Shown: one piece after another, positions 52,407-54,524 of the stretch
Position numbering within the stretch: the stretch's first letter is position 1
How the letters are laid out: every line of letters starts with the position of its first letter
From: a virus
Lineage: Duplodnaviria > Caudoviricetes
Length of the DNA: 54,524 bases
Direction: 5' to 3' (one strand)
Virus record (IMG/VR): IMGVR_UViG_3300034357_000647
Location: 1 to 54,524 of that record
Position numbers and translations under genes: made by a program
The notes under the pieces: generated by a model
Told to the model about the DNA's origin: nothing
The model's database searches: none
Seen by the model: the letters and a program-made list of their open reading frames with translations, nothing else

Positions 52407-54524
52407 ATGAATACAGACAATTTAATTTTAAGGCAAACAGATTATCCACCATTAATAAATAAGGATGATTTTTTAGACAATGCCGACTTTGATAGTAACA
52501 TGATCAATATTTATGATGATCTAGTTGCTTTATGTTTGACAAATGGAGTTATTGCATACGATATTTCAACTGAATATGATGATTCAGTAATTAATTATGC
52601 AACTTATGATGGAAGACTTTGGAAATTCGTGAATGCTGTTCCTTCTGTAAATGTAACACCAGGAACAAATGAAGCGTATTGGATTGAAGTATTTCCAACT
52701 GAACTTGCTCATAGAAAAAATTCAGATACAATTCTTGATGAAGGTGGAACGAATGAAGTTACAGCTTCAGAAATTCGTGCTTTCATTGATGCAGGATTAA
52801 CTTCAACAACTAATCTTTCTCTATCAGAACAAACAGATGTTTCTTTAAAAATAAATAGTTCAACTGGAAGTGATGTTACCTTATTAGGAGCAACAGAAAC
52901 AACAGCAGGACTTCTTATTTCAGAAGATAAACAAAAGTTAAATCAATTATCTGGAATTAATAGTGGTGATCAAACTCTTGAATCATTAGGGGCAGAAGCA
53001 ACAGCAAATAAAGTAATTGATTTTTCAGTAATTGATAATATTACTTTTCCAACAACAGAAGCAGTTGCCAATAAAATTACTTCAGATGTTGTTGCTCTTG
53101 TGGATGCTGAACTTACAAATTATGTAAGTTTAACTTATGTAAATGAAGCTTTATCTGCAAAAGAAGATAGTTCAAATAAACAAACTGATCTTACAGCAAG
53201 TGCAACTAAATTTCCAACTGTAAATGCTGTCAATACTGGTTTGTCAACAAAGGAACCTACAATTTCAGTAGGAACAACTTCCCAATATTGGAGAGGTGAT
53301 AAGTCATGGCAAACATTAGATAAAACATCAGTAGGACTTGGAAATGTTCCAAATACGGATGCAACAAACGCTTCAAATTTAGCTTCTGGAACGGTTGGGA
53401 CAGCACGTTTAGGAAGTGGAACAGCAAATTCAACAACTTATCTACGTGGAGATAATACATGGGCAACAATTTCTGCAGGTGGTTTAACATACTTCACAGA
53501 AGCACAAAACACTTCAGCACCAAATGCAACAGTAAATGTTGATTCATTAACTGCAATAGCAAGTACAACAAATGCTGATATTTCAATTGTACCTAAAGGA
53601 ACTGGAGCATTTACATTAGCTATACCAGACAATACTACAACTGGTGGAAATAAACGTGGCACTTATGCTGTAGATTTACAGATGTTTAGAAGTGCTAATA
53701 CACAAGTAGCAAGTGGATCTAGTTCAGTATCGTTAGGAGCAAGTAATACTGCAAGTGGATCTAGTTCAGTATCGTTAGGAGCAAGTAATACTGCAAGTGG
53801 ATCTAGTTCAATAGCAATGGGAGCAAGTAATAATATAAGTGGAACAGCAGGTTTTGGGGCAGGAAGTACAAACACAAATTCTGGTAATTACTCTGCTGTA
53901 TTTGGACTTTCTAATTCAATATCAGGTGCATATACTATTAGAGCTGGTAATGGTAATACTGGCAATGCTGCTTATTCAGTAACAACTGGTTACAATAATG
54001 TTGTAAGTGGTTCTGAAAATGGTTGTTTCGGTTCTTCATCAACTGTTAGTGCTAATTATGGTTTTAGTTTAGGTTATCAAAATTCTGTTACTGGACTTTA
54101 TGGTTTAGCATTAGGAAAAGCGTGTACATCATCACTAGATAGTGCTACTGCAATAGGTTTACGTTGTAAAGCTACTGGAGAAACTTCTTTAGCTATTGGT
54201 GGTTATTTTTATTCTGATTCAACAGCAAGTGGTGGTAATAGTATTATTGTAGGTTTTGGAACAGCTAGTAGTTCGTTTTCTTCTATATTTGGAAGTGGTA
54301 CGTGTGACGCACCTTATTCAACTGTTTTAGGGTATCAAGGAAATGCTTTTGGTTTAACATCAAAAGTTTCTATTAGTACAAATATTTTCACGTCAGCAGG
54401 AGATTCTCAAAAAGGTATTGCAAGATATGGAAGAAGAACAACAGATGCAACAGTTTCAACGTTAACAGCAAACGGAAATGCTTTAGTTAATCAATCAACT
54501 ATTTTAGGTTTACAAAACCAACAA
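52407..54524 (+). CDS. Fibre/adhesin with YadA-head-like repeats, truncated at window end (not in ORF track)
   Basis: Starts MNTDNLILRQ and ends in frame at ...LQNQQ (706 codons); C-terminal part shared with 16318-17952. Confidence 0.85.
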   Translation, partial: MNTDNLILRQTDYPPLINKDDFLDNADFDSNMINIYDDLVALCLTNGVIAYDISTEYDDSVINYATYDGRLWKFVNAVPSVNVTPGTNEAYWIEVFPTELAHRKNSDTILDEGGTNEVTASEIRAFIDAGLTSTTNLSLSEQTDVSLKINSSTGSDVTLLGATETTAGLLISEDKQKLNQLSGINSGDQTLESLGAEATANKVIDFSVIDNITFPTTEAVANKITSDVVALVDAELTNYVSLTYVNEALSAKEDSSNKQTDLTASATKFPTVNAVNTGLSTKEPTISVGTTSQYWRGDKSWQTLDKTSVGLGNVPNTDATNASNLASGTVGTARLGSGTANSTTYLRGDNTWATISAGGLTYFTEAQNTSAPNATVNVDSLTAIASTTNADISIVPKGTGAFTLAIPDNTTTGGNKRGTYAVDLQMFRSANTQVASGSSSVSLGASNTASGSSSVSLGASNTASGSSSIAMGASNNISGTAGFGAGSTNTNSGNYSAVFGLSNSISGAYTIRAGNGNTGNAAYSVTTGYNNVVSGSENGCFGSSSTVSANYGFSLGYQNSVTGLYGLALGKACTSSLDSATAIGLRCKATGETSLAIGGYFYSDSTASGGNSIIVGFGTASSSFSSIFGSGTCDAPYSTVLGYQGNAFGLTSKVSISTNIFTSAGDSQKGIARYGRRTTDATVSTLTANGNALVNQSTILGLQNQQ
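53709..53831 (+). repeat. 42-bp tandem repeat (2 exact copies plus 1 degenerate)
   Basis: gcaagtggatctagttcagtatcgttaggagcaagtaatact encodes ASGSSSVSLGASNT. Confidence 0.95.
53825..54524 (+). repeat. 700-bp direct repeat, copy 2 (runs to window end)
   Basis: Matches 16974-17673 with one mismatch. Confidence 0.95.

Larger units (their letters stand above)
16974..53824 (+). mobile_element. Apparently complete ~36.85 kb tailed phage genome (Caudoviricetes, siphovirus-like), Bacteroidota host
   Basis: TerS, TerL, portal, Clp protease, MCP, tape measure, lysin, replication genes; bounded by a 700-bp direct repeat (period 36851 bp); no sheath or integrase recognised. Confidence 0.85.

Noticed and set aside
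16974-53824. Integrase-mediated prophage with att sites
   Set aside because: No integrase seen, flanking DNA is viral not chromosomal, and the repeat is a coding fibre segment
53709-53831. CRISPR array
   Set aside because: 42-bp units are contiguous with no spacers and encode in-frame 14-aa adhesin repeats
4510-53875. Short overlapping ORFs in the track (e.g. 4510-4707, 5530-5805, 6023-6319, 11286-11723, 24247-24558, 47653-48105, 53257-53875 on minus; 4787, 37134, 48617 on plus)
   Set aside because: Shadow frames of well-supported genes, with no start context or recognisable motifs
16974-54524. Diversity-generating retroelement (TR/VR pair in fibre genes)
   Set aside because: No reverse transcriptase ORF; both copies are coding, 700 bp long and differ at one synonymous site rather than at many adenines
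16318-54524. Invertible tail-fibre shufflon
   Set aside because: Repeats are direct and 36.9 kb apart; no serine or tyrosine recombinase recognised
1-54524. Whole window as one phage with terminal repeats
   Set aside because: The end repeat matches an internal position (16974), not the window start, and two incompatible packaging/capsid systems are present; retained only as a testable alternative
1-54524. tRNA/rRNA genes or stop-codon reassignment
   Set aside because: No cloverleaf or rRNA-like sequence noticed; standard code gives dense, unbroken ORFs

Overview
AT-rich, gene-dense viral DNA with Bacteroidota-type signals (TAnnTTTG -7 promoters, A-rich start regions without Shine-Dalgarno). 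It reads as two unrelated viruses joined in one sequence. (1) About 1-17 kb is the truncated morphogenesis region of a tailless, probably internal-membrane virus. It has an FtsK/HerA (A32/P9-type) packaging ATPase, two paralogous beta-rich proteins that look like single-jelly-roll capsid proteins, about 17 small single-pass membrane proteins (many sharing an aromatic-x-N-F/A-D/S-G motif), an HExxH zinc protease, a GT2 glycosyltransferase and two spike/fibre genes. (2) About 17-54.5 kb is an apparently complete ~36.85 kb siphovirus-like tailed phage (lysis, recombination/replication, TerS/TerL, tail, tape measure, Clp protease, MCP, portal; no integrase seen). The parts meet in a fibre-gene segment that occurs twice: 16974-17673 and 53825-54524 (700 bp, one synonymous mismatch by eye). 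Either the two viruses recently swapped a receptor-binding module and were co-assembled through it, or they form a real cointegrate. Several structured non-coding elements are also present. All family calls come from motif recognition by eye, not database searches.
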